Shown here: positions 35,894-49,301 of the stretch, piece by piece
Layout: the number at the start of each line of letters is the position of its first letter
How positions within the stretch are numbered: the first letter of the stretch is position 1
Assembly: GCF_006345805.1 (NCBI RefSeq)
Contig: NC_043005.1
Coordinates: 13,330,001-13,394,000 of the forward strand
DNA: 64,000 nucleotides
Origin: Octopus sinensis
Taxonomy: Eukaryota
Direction of reading: 5' to 3'
Made by a program: the position numbers and the translations under genes
Notes under the pieces: model-generated
What the model was told of the DNA's origin: nothing
Database searches by the model: none
What the model saw: only the letters and a program-made list of their open reading frames with translations

Positions 35894-36230
35894 CTAGCAG
35901 TATCGCCCGGCGTTGCTCAGGTTTGTAAGGGAAATAACTATAAAGCATTTTTAGAGAGTTATAGCCAAAAAATAGCAAAAAAATTGAAAAAAAATGATGG
36001 TAAATTTTTTTGAGAGTTAAAAAAGGTGGAGTTGCGTCGAATTTATCGATTTTTTTCAGAACTGGGTGAACTTTTCAAAATTTTCGCTGCGTTAGTTTTG
36101 AATTATGACATTGGGCTATGTGTGTGTCAAGTTTCATCAGAATCGGTTGAAAGCCGTGGTCAGAGTGAGGGTACGAGAAAACAGACACACAGAAAACGCA
36201 CAGACAAGCTGCCGTTTATATATAGAGAGA
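35894..36230 (-). mobile_element. Complete short non-autonomous Helitron (337 bp)
   Basis: Reverse strand: A|TCTCTCTATATATAAACGG...GAGCAACGCCGGGCGATACTGCTAG|T. 5' TC, 3' CTAG preceded by a GC-rich segment, inserted between A and T, no TSD. Confidence 0.75.
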
Positions 36231-36234
36231 TATA

Positions 36235-36704
36235 TATTTCTTTACTACCCACAAAGGGCTAAACACAGAAGGAACAAACAAGGACAGACAAACGGATTAA
36301 GTCGATTACATCGACCCCAGTGCTTAACTGGTACTTAATTTATCGAATCCGAAAGGTTGAAAGGCAAAGTCGACCTCGGCGGAATTTGAACTCAGAACGT
36401 AACGGCAGACGAAATACGGCTACGCATTTCGCCCGGCGTGCTAACGTTTCTGCCAGCTCGCCGCCTTAATATCTATTTCTTTACTACCCACAAGGGGCTA
36501 AACACAGAAGGAACAAACAAGGACAGACAAACGGATTAAGTCGATTACATCGACCCCAGTGCGTAGCTGGTACTTAATTTATCGACCCCGAAAGGTTGAA
36601 AGGCAAAGTCGGCCTCGGCGGAATTTGAACTCAGAACGTAACGGCAGACGAAATACGGCTACGCATTTCGCCCGGCGTGCTAACGTTTCTACCAGCTCGC
36701 GGCC
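36235..36704 (-). mobile_element. Two near-identical full-length family A SINEs in tandem, spacer TTAATATC
   Basis: ccgcc-ttaatatc-tatttctttac; ttaatatctat is repeated after the second copy. Confidence 0.9.
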
Positions 36705-36710
36705 TTAATA

Positions 36711-37100
36711 TCTATTATATAAAATCTGTTCTGTCTGTGTGTGTTTTTTAGGATCTCGAGCATCCTCCATCCGATTGCGCTCAAATTTGATATGTAGATA
36801 CCAACAGTATCAGGGCGTGTATAAGTCTTGAAAAAATTACAAAAGTCGATTCCAGGTGAAAATGCGATCGATGAAGCCATGGGAATTTGCTTTTGTAAAA
36901 TCGTTTGTCTTTGCCATAGAAAAAAAATCTATCTTTATTTCTTCTTTTGCTGGTGTCTTCAAATTTATGTTAAATTAGTGTTTCTCAAAGGGGAGGCCTA
37001 TGGGATGGTCGGACAAGTTGTTTTGAGAAAATTTGGTTTAAATGTCTGACAACTCAGCACCGTCCATTGGACGGGGGGAGGGGGCATTTTGCTCGTATCA
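36711..37100 (+). mobile_element. Helitron-type element, 5' end (3' end not identified)
   Basis: A|TCTATTATATAAAATCTGTTCTGTCTGTGTGTG; internal ccgattgcgctcaaatttgatatg resembles (reverse complement) catcagaatcggttga of the neighbouring Helitron. Confidence 0.5.
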
Positions 37101-37384
37101 GAATAAGCAAAAAAGAAAAACATAATCAAAGCAAGATTTCATTAGAATGAGGTCCACGCGCATTGTAAATCCCATTTGATCATCTTCAGTTTCGTCATCC
37201 ACTAATTCTTGCTACAGATTATTCTATAATCCCCAGAGTGCTCATGAGCAGTCGGGTGTCGGCGTGAGCAAGAAAAGGGTCCCCGTGTTGGCTGTTGTTT
37301 AAATATAGCAGTTCGTATACAGCATACGTATGATTCTTCTTCTTCTTCTTCTTCTTCTTCTTCTTCTTCTTCTTGCCGGACAAA

Positions 37385-38170
37385 ATGTTTAGCTGCATTT
37401 CGTCTATCTGAGTTCTGAGTTCAAATTCCACCGAGGTCGATTTTTCCTTTCATCCTTTCAGGGCCGATAAAATAAGTAGCAGTTGAACACTGGGGCCAAT
37501 GATGTCGACTAGCTCCCTCCACCAAATTTTCAGGCCTCGTTCTTCTCCTTCTTCTTCTTATTTTGTGGGTATGTTCATCAGGTGAGTATTTGTAGCCTTC
37601 TTCAGTTTTCGCTGCTTTACAGTTATAGTATCTGTACTAATATTGATTTCAAATATTAGCACAAGGCCAGTAAATCCGGGGGAGGGGGATAGTCGATAAC
37701 ATCGACCCCACTGTTCAATAATTACTTATTTCTTTCGACCCTGAAAGGATGAAAAGCAAAGTCGACCTCGGCGGAATTTGAACTCAGAACATAAAGTCGG
37801 ATAAAATGCCGCTAAACATTTATCCCGGACGTGCTAACGATTCTACCAGCTCACCGACTTAGAAATTGCTGGCCTTGTGCCAAAGTGTGAAACCAATATT
37901 TCGCTATAGATTGGTCATTGTCCAAATCAACGTCACTGGTCGTTGGGGAGAGCAAGGATTGGCCTTGTACATCGGCCCTTTTCACTAACAAATTCATGTG
38001 GGTTGTACGAATCGTTTGAGCGTTGGAGAAAGTGCAGCTCCCGCTCTTTAAGGTCCGAGTTCAAATCGCGTTTCATCAATGACACCTTTCATTCTTTCAG
38101 GATCGAGAAAATAAACATGATAGCGACTAACTCTCCCGTTCAAATTTCAGAGCTTATGTCTAAATTAGAA
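37385..38170. mobile_element. Cluster of diverged family A (type-b) SINE fragments in both orientations
   Basis: Recognisable gagttcaaattcc..gaggtcga..tttcatcctttc cores. Confidence 0.7.
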
Positions 38171-38899
38171 ACAGTTCATAAACGCACACACGCACGCACA
38201 CATACATAAACATACACACTCGCACACACACACACGTGGACATGATTCACGATCACCATCATGACAACGATAACGACGGCGGCCCCGTCGCCACCAGCAC
38301 CTCTCTCTCTCTCCCTCTCTCCTGCCGTCTGCTTTCTATTCTACTGAGAGACAATACATGGGAAAGTTAGAACAAGAAAAAATGGGAGGGAGCGATTCCT
38401 TTCTCTGGCAAATCAGGGACGCAGTAAGAAATTCGTGATTCCATGGCCAGAACACCGTCGATTCTAGGTTTCTGCTCAGCCAGCATTAATGGCAGCCCCC
38501 CCCCCAAAAAAAAAAACCCCACCAACACCAATAATGCACTACAGCATCCACTTACGGACAGACTTTCAATGAGTTTATTCAAAATGAAATAAAACGATTC
38601 GTTACTGAAAAATTCTATTAATTCTTCCCCAGTAACGTCTTCACGAAGTCACAAATCGAAACCTCATTGGTCTTGTCTCTGTCTCTGTTGATTAATGCGT
38701 GTGATTGTGCGCATAAGAGCCGGCCGTATGTGACTCCGTCTACGTGTGCAATGTGCGCGTTCGTGCATATACATAATTACTGCCGACAATATATAATGTA
38801 TTGTGACTCGCTATTCAAATATAATGCGTATTAATGTGGGTGCATGCCTATGTGTAGAAGTGTGTGAAGGCAGTATGTCTCTGTATATAAATGCATGTA

Positions 38900-38964
38900 T
38901 ATATATGTGTATGTGTGTGTGTGCGTATATATTCATACTACATACATACAAATATATATATATG

Positions 38965-39039
<75 letters not shown>

Positions 39040-39066
39040 TGTGTGTATGCATATGTATGTTTATAT

Positions 39067-39098
<32 letters not shown>

Positions 39099-39362
39099 CA
39101 TATTTCTTCGAATGTGCGTGTGAGTGTATATTTACGCATATCTATGTTTGCGTGCATGTGTATGTGTGTGTGTTTGTGTGTGTATACACACACACACATA
39201 TATATATATATATACACATATCATACGCATATATTGTATAATACATATATATATATATATCTAAATATATATGCATTCACAAGCACCTGCACACAAACAT
39301 ACACACAGACACACTCACACATACACAGAGACACAGAGACAGACACACACGCATACACACAC

Positions 39363-39408
<46 letters not shown>

Positions 39409-39828
39409 AGAGGGGTTTTGTCTATTTATGCATGTGTGTTTAAATAGATAAATTAGATTTTTGTTAAATATACGATTACGTGTGGCTATGTGCCTACGTG
39501 ACGGTGTATAAGTGTAGGTGTGTAGGTGCGAGATTGTGGGCCGGTGCGCGCATGCGTATATACACGCTTGTTTACAGATGTATATGCACGTTTGTGTGTT
39601 TGCGTACATGTGTTTGTTTACTAATGGATGCACATGAGTATATAGTACTACAGTATGTATGTATGCATGTATGTATGTATGTGTATATATATATGTATAT
39701 ATATATACATTAATATAGATATGCATATATATGCATGTGCACAGACACAGATACATACACATACATTTATGCAACACGTATACATAAATAAATGAGTGTT
39801 CGTGTATTTTTATATATATTATGTGCAT

Positions 39829-39913
<85 letters not shown>

Positions 39914-39924
39914 GATATATATAT

Positions 39925-39962
<38 letters not shown>

Positions 39963-40160
39963 CTAATCTATATGTACATCGTTTGACTATTCTATACCTA
40001 CGTGCGTTCGTGCCAGTGCGTATATACGAGTGTATATTTCATTTCCAACAACAGACCGAACGTGACATCGTGAAAGGTTTTCGCCTCAGTCCGCCATTTT
40101 TCTTTATTGTTGTTCTTCTTATTATTAATGTCATTCTGTAGCTGTTGGGGATGATGATAA

Positions 40161-40191
<31 letters not shown>

Positions 40192-40412
40192 TGCGATGTG
40201 GCTGCTGGTGCTGGTGCTGGTGCTGGTGCTGGTGATGGAGGTGAAGGTGGAGGTGAAGATGGTGATGGAGGTGGAAGTGGCGTGTTCAGAAATGTTTGGT
40301 TGGTGGGGAAAGGCCGAGTCCGGTGGTTAATATTCAAAAGCTTTGCAACAATGTTGATGTGTTGTTGTTGTTATCAATCGGAAAGGGAAGATGAAGTTGA
40401 TTACTGCAAGGG

Positions 40413-40443
<31 letters not shown>

Positions 40444-40859
40444 GAGAATGCCGTGATATGTGTTTATACATACACTCGTACATATACATACACATAAGTG
40501 CGTGTGTGTGCGGTGTGTGTAAGTGCATATATATACACACATACATACATACATACACACACCACATACATACATACATACATACATACATACATACATA
40601 CATAGATATATGTATATATATATTAATATATATATATATATATAATTATATATATGTTATATATGTATATATATAATATGTATATATACACATACATGCA
40701 CACACATATACATATATGTGTATGTATATATAAGGGTATCTTAGCATGAATAAAAGATCGAGAATGAAATGGGGAATGTATGCATGTAATTATTAGTGTG
40801 TGTGTATATATATATATACATAAACACACTTACATATACTTCATGTACATGTATGCATG

Positions 40860-40894
<35 letters not shown>

Positions 40895-40905
40895 ATATGT
40901 ATATG

Positions 40906-40968
<63 letters not shown>

Positions 40969-41001
40969 GTCTATCTATCTGTCTATCTCTCTCTCTCTCT
41001 C

Positions 41002-41068
<67 letters not shown>

Positions 41069-42075
41069 GTGTGTGTGTGTATATATATATGCGTATATGT
41101 TCGTGTTTGTAAACAGTCTGTGGCATAGCATAAAAGAAGCGCACAAAACAGCCACTCGCACCTCGCCCCTCCTTCTCCTCTTACGCCCACCACGTCCCAA
41201 ACGCCCCCCCACCCCTCTCCGCCAAAACGCAGAATAATCGGTATTTTTGGTAGCGGCGTTTTTGGTGGAATCAAAATGACTGTGTTGGTGTGAGAAAGCG
41301 GCTTGCTGTGCGTGACACTGGCTAAAACATACTCTACGATATATATCAGTATAAACCGAAGCTTATGAATAAAACATCAGTATAGCATGATGATAGTGAT
41401 AGTAGTGGTGTGCAGGTGGTGGTTGTGGGGGTGGTGGTGGTTTTGTGCACTACGATCATGATGATGATGATGCTACGATGATGTCTGACGATGGTGGTGG
41501 TCGCGTCGGCGGTGAAGTGGTGTTGTAACGAGGTGCCGTGGTAGTGGTGACGGATGCGTATGTAATGCTCGTAGTTTATTGTATGATGTATAGCTGTTGT
41601 GCTGTATGCTGGTGCATAGAGTTATGTATTGCGGTGGTGATGGTTAATGATGTATATATATATATACATTGGCACTGGTCTACAGAGGGGTGTTTACCGG
41701 TGCCTCATGCGCACTCACACGCACATATCTGTCTGTCTGTCTGTGTGTCAGTTTGTCTGTGTGTCAATCTGCCGTTGTCTGTCCGTCTGTCCATTAGTTG
41801 ATGTGTCTATCTATCTATATCTATGTATCTATCTATGTATCTACACCTCTCTCTATATATATGTATCGCGCGCGCGCACACACACACACACATACACACA
41901 CATACGAACATATATATATATATATATATATAATATATAATGCTCGAAATGAGGAGTAGATAGACGGCCGACAAATGATAAAGGGTTGTTTCTTTATGTT
42001 ACCTGTCCGGTATTCCATTTGTTTCCCTCGCTGTTTCCGTATTTCATGTTGTTTACTGTTGGTGATGTCCCATAC

Positions 42076-42145
<70 letters not shown>

Positions 42146-42247
42146 GTGTTGGTGTGTGTGTGTGTTGTATGTGTGTGTATTTGTATATATATATATATAT
42201 ATATGTATGAATATGTATGCATATATATTATTATTATTATATATATA

Positions 42248-42293
<46 letters not shown>

Positions 42294-42479
42294 TATATAC
42301 GCGCCGTTGTTGTCAAAAATGCAAGTGAGTGAAGAAGGTGTCTATTTTCTTCTCGCGAGCACACAGACCCTTAAACAATCAGGGCCCGCACACGGTACAT
42401 TTTACAAAGCCATCATTGTTCGTGGTTGAGAATCGCTTCTGTCTCTCTCGCTCACCCTTCACACACACACGCACACACA

Positions 42480-42529
<50 letters not shown>

Positions 42530-42530
42530 C
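38900..42530. repeat. Dense compound microsatellite tracts ((TA)n,(CA)n,(GA)n,(TCTA)n,(CATA)n,(GTT)n,(GGT)n) interleaved with unique GC-richer islands
   Basis: Direct reading. Confidence 0.9.
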
Positions 42531-42734
42531 ACTGACTGTCCTTCGTAAGTCGATGTTGACTGTTCTTTTCAGAAATGGAGAAAGTATGCATATGTATGTA
42601 CGTACGTACGTAAGTATGTATGTATGTATGTATGTATGTATGTATGTATGTATGTATGTATGTACGTATGTATGTATGTATGCATGTATGCATGTATGTA
42701 TCTGTGTCTGCCGTCGCTCGCCATGATTGACCGC

Positions 42735-42920
42735 TAGCTACTAAAGCTTTCTTTTTTTATTCTCTCTCTCTGTTTATTTTCTTGTGTTCCTTTCTGTTGA
42801 AGAGCGTAGGCTCGAAACGTAAAAGACTTTCTCAATTTCCCGAGCGTTAAACTAATACACGTGGTTGTTGTTTACACACGTGTCTTCGTCTTTTGTTTTT
42901 TTTTATAAATTACAACTATA
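42735..42920 (+). mobile_element. Short hammerhead-bearing repeat (PLE pLTR/retrozyme-like)
   Basis: Contains the minimal hammerhead at 42790; ends in a TA-rich tract. Single copy in the window, so boundaries are approximate. Confidence 0.55.
42790..42825 (+). ncRNA. 36-nt minimal type I hammerhead with A6U core variant
   Basis: CUUU-CUGUUGA-A-GAGC-GUAG-GCUC-GAAA-CG-UA cleavage site-AAAG; helices I and II perfect. Confidence 0.7.
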
Positions 42921-43426
42921 TAAAGATATATATATAAAGCAAGTATATAGGGATAAACTATCCAGGCAAGTATCGTAATCGCTCCCAGTTATATTCCAGG
43001 TTTCGGCGGCTAAGTGTATCAGGTAGTATTATACATCAATGATCATTTAGTATGAACTATCTTCTGATGGGTAACTCTGCATTTGCTTCCCCGGATTATT
43101 AATATTTTCAGGAGTGCAAATTCTAGACTGGTACATTTTTAAATTGTTCGCTTCAACCCATACTTGTAGAAGGACGCCAAATGAAGTTACATAGCAAAAT
43201 ATACTGGGCTGCGTACGCAACTGCACATACTCTGAGCAACAGAAACACGTGTCGGGGATTTTTACTAACTAATTATGCTGTATGACTGATTGTTAAATTG
43301 AAAGAAAACTTTGAAGATGTAGCAGTCTCTGTATTTTTTGTAAATTTGTTTGGTATATACATATATATATATATATGGAAAAAAGTCAAGGTAGAAAATT
43401 CTAAAATAATTTTATAAAAAACATTT

Positions 43427-43462
43427 CAGTACCGGTTTCGGTCATTGAAACTTTTTCAACTG
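43427..43462 (-). ncRNA. Degenerate minimal hammerhead remnant
   Basis: CAG-UUGAAAA-..GUUUCAAUGACC-GAAA-CCGG-UA cleavage site-CUG; palindromic ACCGGU, but the core has two mismatches. Confidence 0.4.
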
Positions 43463-43779
43463 TAAGTATGGAAAAGAGTTAATTTTATAAATATTAAATG
43501 AAAAGTATTTTAAAAGACTATTTGCATAGTATTCAAATACAAGGGGCATTTTCCTTGTTTCTGCCTGTCTCTGTCTCTCTTCTTATGAGGCGTATTTATC
43601 CTAAATTTACAAGGTAAGACCTCCCTCTCACCTAAGAACTATCTTCATTCATAGAATTAAATAACTTACATCTTTACAATCTGAAAAGGTATGAAAGAAA
43701 CCAAAAGAGAAACCCTAGTAATTCTGGAATCAAGTGTTGAACATAACCTGTAAAAAAATTGTTAGTTTGTGTGTGTGTA

Positions 43780-43842
<63 letters not shown>

Positions 43843-43989
43843 ATACATATATATACATATATATATATATACTCACAGATACACACACGAGCATATATGC
43901 ATACGTACAATTATTTGAATTCCTATTGAAGAAAACGTTATGTGGAGTCATGAAGTCAGCTGTCCTGCAGATGTGAGCATTTTTTTTTC

Positions 43990-45720
43990 AAAATTAGTAA
44001 GGAGAACACTTATGGACGACTGTTTCGAAACCTGCAGCTTCCCTGATCTGAGGGTGTATGGATAAGGGGTGCATGTATCCCAAACTGAAGGAGGTTATCA
44101 CTGCACCAGACACAGTAAGAAGACAAAAGAAGCCAGAGCTAAAACCATGATAATAGAATGTGTGAACCATGACTACCGGTGTATCAGATAATTGCCTGAA
44201 AATCAGTAAAGCATACGAATGGCATTACTGATTAACAACGAACTGTTGGGAATTAATCTGGACATTACAACACTCCAGAAGACACATATCTCTATTTTTT
44301 TTCTAAAACAAGAGATCCCTATTAAGTATCTTATTTCTTTATTGCCCACAAGGGGCCAAACATAGAGAGGACAAACAAGGACAGACAAACGGATTAAGTC
44401 GATTACATCGAACCCAGTGCGTAACTGATACTTAACTTATCAACCCCGAAAGGATGAAAGGCAAAGCAGACCCCGGCGGAATTTGAACTCAGAATGTAAA
44501 GACAGACGAAATACCTATTTCTATTTCTTTACTACCCACAAGAGGCTAAACACAGGGGGGACAAACAAGGACAGACAAACGGATTAAGTCGATTACATCG
44601 ACCTCAGTGCGAAACTGGTACTTATTGAAATGACTCCCGAAAGGATGAAAGGCAAAGTCGACCTCGGCGGAATTTGAACTCAGAACGTAGCGGCAGACGA
44701 AATATCACAAAGCATTTCGCCCGGCGTGCTAACGTTTCTGCCAGCTCGCCGTCAGAAGACACATCATCTCACAGAATCAGAAAGCGTACACTAATAACAC
44801 CGACAAGAGCAAGGTTCTGACGAAGTTAGAAAGAATAGTATTGACTTAGCTGGGAGAAACCTAATGTCGAAGACGTTGGAGACTAGCGAGGGAGAAGCAG
44901 CGCAGATTTTCGTACTTCGATTCACCACAGCCGTTCAATTTGTGAAGTTGGTGTTTTTGAAACAACTCTTTACACTACATATAACAAATAAGGACGAAAG
45001 TTGTGCAACTAACACTCAGTGGTAATACTGGTGACCCCCAACTCAGAAACAGTTATTCTACTTGCCGAATTAAAAGCTAAAATGGATGCTATGACTCAAG
45101 TGAAATTTACCTGGTGGAATTTTCCGTGCTTGAAATTTACCGGTCACCACCAAATCATACTGCGTTTCGCAACCAGACTGCGAGCAACATTATGCACCAC
45201 ACCAAGCTTCGAGGCCAGTAGCACACCGATGCCAGTAAGACTCCGGCCATTGTGACAAAGTCCATCAAGCCAACAGAGGATGCTTTTCTTTCCGATCCAC
45301 CGGTGTGACCCTTTCAACAACATAATTCATAGCACAACACAGAAGTACTTCGGGAAGAAACCTGACAAGATACAGGAAATATTTGCAACGATCTCAAGTA
45401 AGCTAACCATTCTCACTCGTAGCCGTAAAGCAGATTGTATCACTGGAACAAAGGCGCCATCCCATTCAGGCACTTCTGCAATGCGCGAAGGACAGCAAAA
45501 AGAAAATTATGGAAAACTGCCAGGCAATATGCAAATAACTAATGGCTACGACTCTGCGAAAGCATTTCATCATTTTATATTGGTAACATCAGGAAAATCA
45601 TCAGACTAAGTCAGAATAAGGCAGCACCACAGAAAACTTGAAAGGGTAAGACATCAAAGACAAAGGCAAGCAGAGGGAGAGATGTGTGGCATAAACTCTG
45701 GACTATGCTCAAGGGAAACT
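43990..45720 (+). mobile_element. Degraded RTE LINE 5' part (5'UTR/APE/linker), interrupted by a SINE dimer
   Basis: Remnants INNEL..INLDI..LQKTH (LQETRL-like); RKTARQYANN*WLRLCESI; DKGKQRE..(KQMERW..HY.EL.SRE-like) across frameshifts. Confidence 0.7.
44288..44752 (-). mobile_element. Family A dimer (junction 44514/44515) with 12-bp TSD CAGAAGACACAT
   Basis: TSD at 44276-44287 and 44753-44764. Confidence 0.85.
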
Positions 45721-46334
45721 ACCCTCTCGAACGTGATTATTAAACAATAGAGTTAATTAATTCTTTTCAAATCTTTATTTTGTCAATTAGTCTTAGAGTT
45801 CGTTTTTAATCCTATTAAAAACTCCATTCCCATGTTATAGTTGAATAATCACAGCGATAAATCAGAATTTTTTATTTCTGAAGTTTTAGCAACAAGTTCT
45901 TTGATTTCTTGGAATAAATCAATTTACAGACTGGTCAGCAACAACGTTCGGTGTTTCTACTGATATCTGCATGCAACAGGTTAACTGATAGCTGCGCCCA
46001 TAAAAACAAAATTTAACTCCTTTCTCATGTTTATCCCCTTACGAGGTGTTTACAAAGCGAAACAGTACGACTTCATCGCTTGAAAAAATAGAACCTCTGT
46101 CTTGAGTTATGAATATAATCTTGTGTTTAGGATTGATTCGTTACAAGAATCGTTTTTAGGACTGAATATATGGATACACATTCTCTTGGCTAAATTTATT
46201 TCACTGAGATTTTTATTAAGTCAATTAGTGCTAGTAATTGCCGCCAAGTCTACAGCAAAATCTTATTAATATGAAATATAGATAGATAGATAGGTAGATA
46301 CATACATACATACATACATACATACATACATACA

Positions 46335-46368
<34 letters not shown>

Positions 46369-47095
46369 CATACATACATACACACATACATACATACATA
46401 CATACATACATGACTCTATATCTTCCAGGGGTAACTTTCTTGCAAGTTATATGTCATAACCAACGATATCCTACTCGACTACATTTTATACCCCAGGTTG
46501 AGTCTAAAATTTCAATGTATTTCAAGATTTAATTAATAGTTGAAAGAAATTACATACGAAAAGCATTGATTGTTCAAAATATATCCCCACATATTATATT
46601 GTCTGTTGCCATCGTTGTGTCTGAAGCTAAATTCCACACTTAACCATTTGCCGGGTTTAAAGGTAAAATATCTCCCTGCACCCGTTTTCAACCTCATCCA
46701 TATTGTTGAACCTCCGTCCGTGCAGGAAATGAGTCACAGCTTGGAAAAGACGGTAATCTGATGGAGCAAAGTCTGAACTATAGGCAGGGGGAAGCAACAC
46801 TTCTAGACCCTCAAGTTCCTCGAGTTTGCACTTTGGCAGTGTGAGCCGGGGCATTGGTGTGTACGCTGTAGAAGTGCACGTCTTCGATTGGCCAATGCCG
46901 TTTAGCGTGCTTTCAAAGCATCATTTACTAGCTGCAGATGTTGAGCATACAGGTCAGCGTCCACAGCATGGCCATCTGGGATAAGCTCGAAGTGCAACAC
47001 CCTCTTGAAATTCCACCAAACACACAACATGACCTTCTGTTAAAACCGTTTGACAACAGGTTCTGAAGAATGGTTGGAATGAAGCTATTGATTTC

Positions 47096-47351
47096 ACTTT
47101 CTCAAGAAAGTTCGTTCTCGAGTCATACAGACTCAGAGAACCGTTTTCTGGATTCTTTGGTATGTATACTCGCCAGTGAACGAGGCGCAGATCCATCGTA
47201 GGATTGCTCGTTTTTTCCAGCCAAATGGACAAGAGCAACGTGAAAGTACGTGTTTTGCTCAAGACCATAACGCAACGCCAGTTCCAGGATTCGAAACTAC
47301 AATCTTACGATTAGGGTTCCAACACTCTAACCCCTAAGCTATCGCTTCCAC
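47096..47351 (-). mobile_element. tRNA/CORE-like SINE inserted in the mariner, 8-bp TSD TTGATTTC
   Basis: TSD at 47088-47095 and 47352-47359; removing it rejoins PNKRNQ*LHS. Confidence 0.75.
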
Positions 47352-47627
47352 TTGATTTCTCTTGTTAGGATTGCGAAAATAGATCCATGTTTCATTCTCA
47401 GTTGCAGAAAACGGGCATTTCGAGGATTATCCAGCAGCTGTTTGCAAACGTTCTCACGTCGTTGATCCTGGTGATTGGTCAGTACAGGAGGAGCTTCTCG
47501 ACAATGTCTGTTCACAAGGCCGAGCTTACGGAGATGTCGATTGAAAGTTCTTTGCGAAGGACTAAGTTCCGCCGACAATATTAGTTTGCTTGGATTTGGT
47601 TGTGCAACCGTTTCAAGCAAACTTCAT

Positions 47628-47839
47628 GCCGTCCAAGAATTTGGACCAGGAGATCTCCATTTCCAGCGACTTCGAGGGCCACCTCCTAGTGGTATCGGGC
47701 ATCGACGAAGAGCCCTCGACTACAACAAGACGACCAAAGTTTTTTTCTTTTCCAAGGTCTGGGGTCTCCCGCCCCTAAGCCCTAGACCATCACCTAATCA
47801 ACCTTACCCGTCTTGTTGCTTAACAACAACAACAGCAAC
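47628..47839 (+). mobile_element. 212-bp 5'-truncated retro-insertion with (AAC)n tail, 12-bp TSD AGCAA(A/G)CTTCAT
   Basis: TSD at 47616-47627 and 47840-47851; removing it rejoins ..VEDEA(L)LETV.. Confidence 0.7.
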
Positions 47840-48234
47840 AGCAAGCTTCATCTTCCACAAGAGAAAGATTCTCTGATCTTAGTTTGTCTTCGAGGCTCGT
47901 GTTACCTTCCTTGAAACGGGTGAACCAGTTTTGTGCCACATGTTCGTTGACTGCCTGGGCCTTCCACATCATTTATTTCTATTGGTGCTGCTCTTGTACT
48001 TAGTCCTTTTTTCCAAAAGGTAGCACAAAATGGTTCTATTTGCAATTTTCTCACCACTAATTATCAAAGCTGTAAAATAAAGAATAAATAATGTTTATAT
48101 GTTATATATGAGAATTAAAAAAAACAAACAATTTAGCAATGATTGGACAAGTATCAAATTAATAGCATTACATGGAAAGTTGCCAAGAATCATCATCTAT
48201 GAAAATTCGAAAAAACTTCTGACTCAACCTGGTA

Positions 48235-48356
<122 letters not shown>

Positions 48357-48499
48357 GTAGAGAGGCAAGGTTTGTCTAGTGAATGTTTAAAAAAAAGATG
48401 GGTGAATGTAGCAAGGATGACACGTATGAATGACGAAGCTACCTTGACTATGATCCTATGAAACGTAAAAATTAATACAGAGAGTTGCTTATTTGTAAA

Positions 48500-48830
48500 A
48501 AAAAATATAACATGTAACTTCATTGAACGAGGTTACCGTGGTCTTTTCCGTAGGCTTTTCTTTCCACGGGTAAACCTCACCTGTCCTCCCCTTTACACTT
48601 TATATTGACATCTCTGTGATAACGATCCCTATTGATCGTTTTTTTTCCTTTTCCTTTTATTTTTATCCCCCCTTTTTTCTTTTCTTTTCTTTTCCTTTTT
48701 TCCCTCTTTCTTTCCTTTTACGATCCCTTTTGATCGAAAACCAAACCCCCTTTTTTATCCCCAAAAGAAAAGCTCTACCTTGTAATTTGTCCTGTCTGTA
48801 TGCAGCCCTGTGTGGCTAATAAAGAAACAT
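48500..48830 (+). mobile_element. Probable LINE 3' UTR fragment; tail resembles family A type-a SINE tail
   Basis: Pyrimidine-rich UTR ending ttgtaatttgtcctgtctgtatgcagccctgtgtggctaataaagaaaca. Confidence 0.5.
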
Positions 48831-48963
48831 CTCTCTCTCTCTCTCTATCTATCTATCAGTCAGTCTGTCTGTCTGACTGTCTGCCTGTCTGTCTGACTGA
48901 CTGCCTACCTGTCTGTCTGACTGTTTGTCTGCCTGTCTATCATATAGGTAGAGTTTGAGATGA

Positions 48964-49021
<58 letters not shown>

Positions 49022-49301
49022 GGATGGATGGATGGATGGATGGATGGATGGATGGATGGATGGATGGATGGATGGATAAATAAATTGACAGACAGATAAA
49101 TAGATAAACCAGGAAATGCTTGAATAAAATAGTGACATCGTTCAATCTCTCATATAATGTAAATGGTGAGACATTGATTTAGGGCTCATTTTAATCTTGA
49201 TAAATACGCATCCTCACATATCCATTGATATTAACAAAACCGTTAACAAATATTCTGTTTATTAACGTTAGATGTACCTGTTTAAGTAATATAATAATAT
49301 A

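Larger units (their letters stand above)
46491..48232 (-). mobile_element. Mariner transposon with both TIRs, degraded transposase and two nested insertions
   Basis: TA|(CC)CCAGGTTGAGTCTAAAATTT ... AAACTTCTGACTCAACCTGG|TA. Transposase remnants WKKGLS..EINDVEGP..AQNWFTRFKEGNTSLEDK, RHLRKLG..EAPPVL (WVPHEL-like), AYSSDFAPSDYRLF (YSPDLAP-like). About 1254 bp after removing inserts. Confidence 0.85.

Noticed and set aside
40000-40340. Poly-Q/His or Pro/Thr-rich coding exon on the minus strand
   Set aside because: The Q/H-rich frame follows an in-frame stop with no Met or clear splice site; ATGGCGGACTGA encodes only 3 residues. Low-complexity, likely non-coding.
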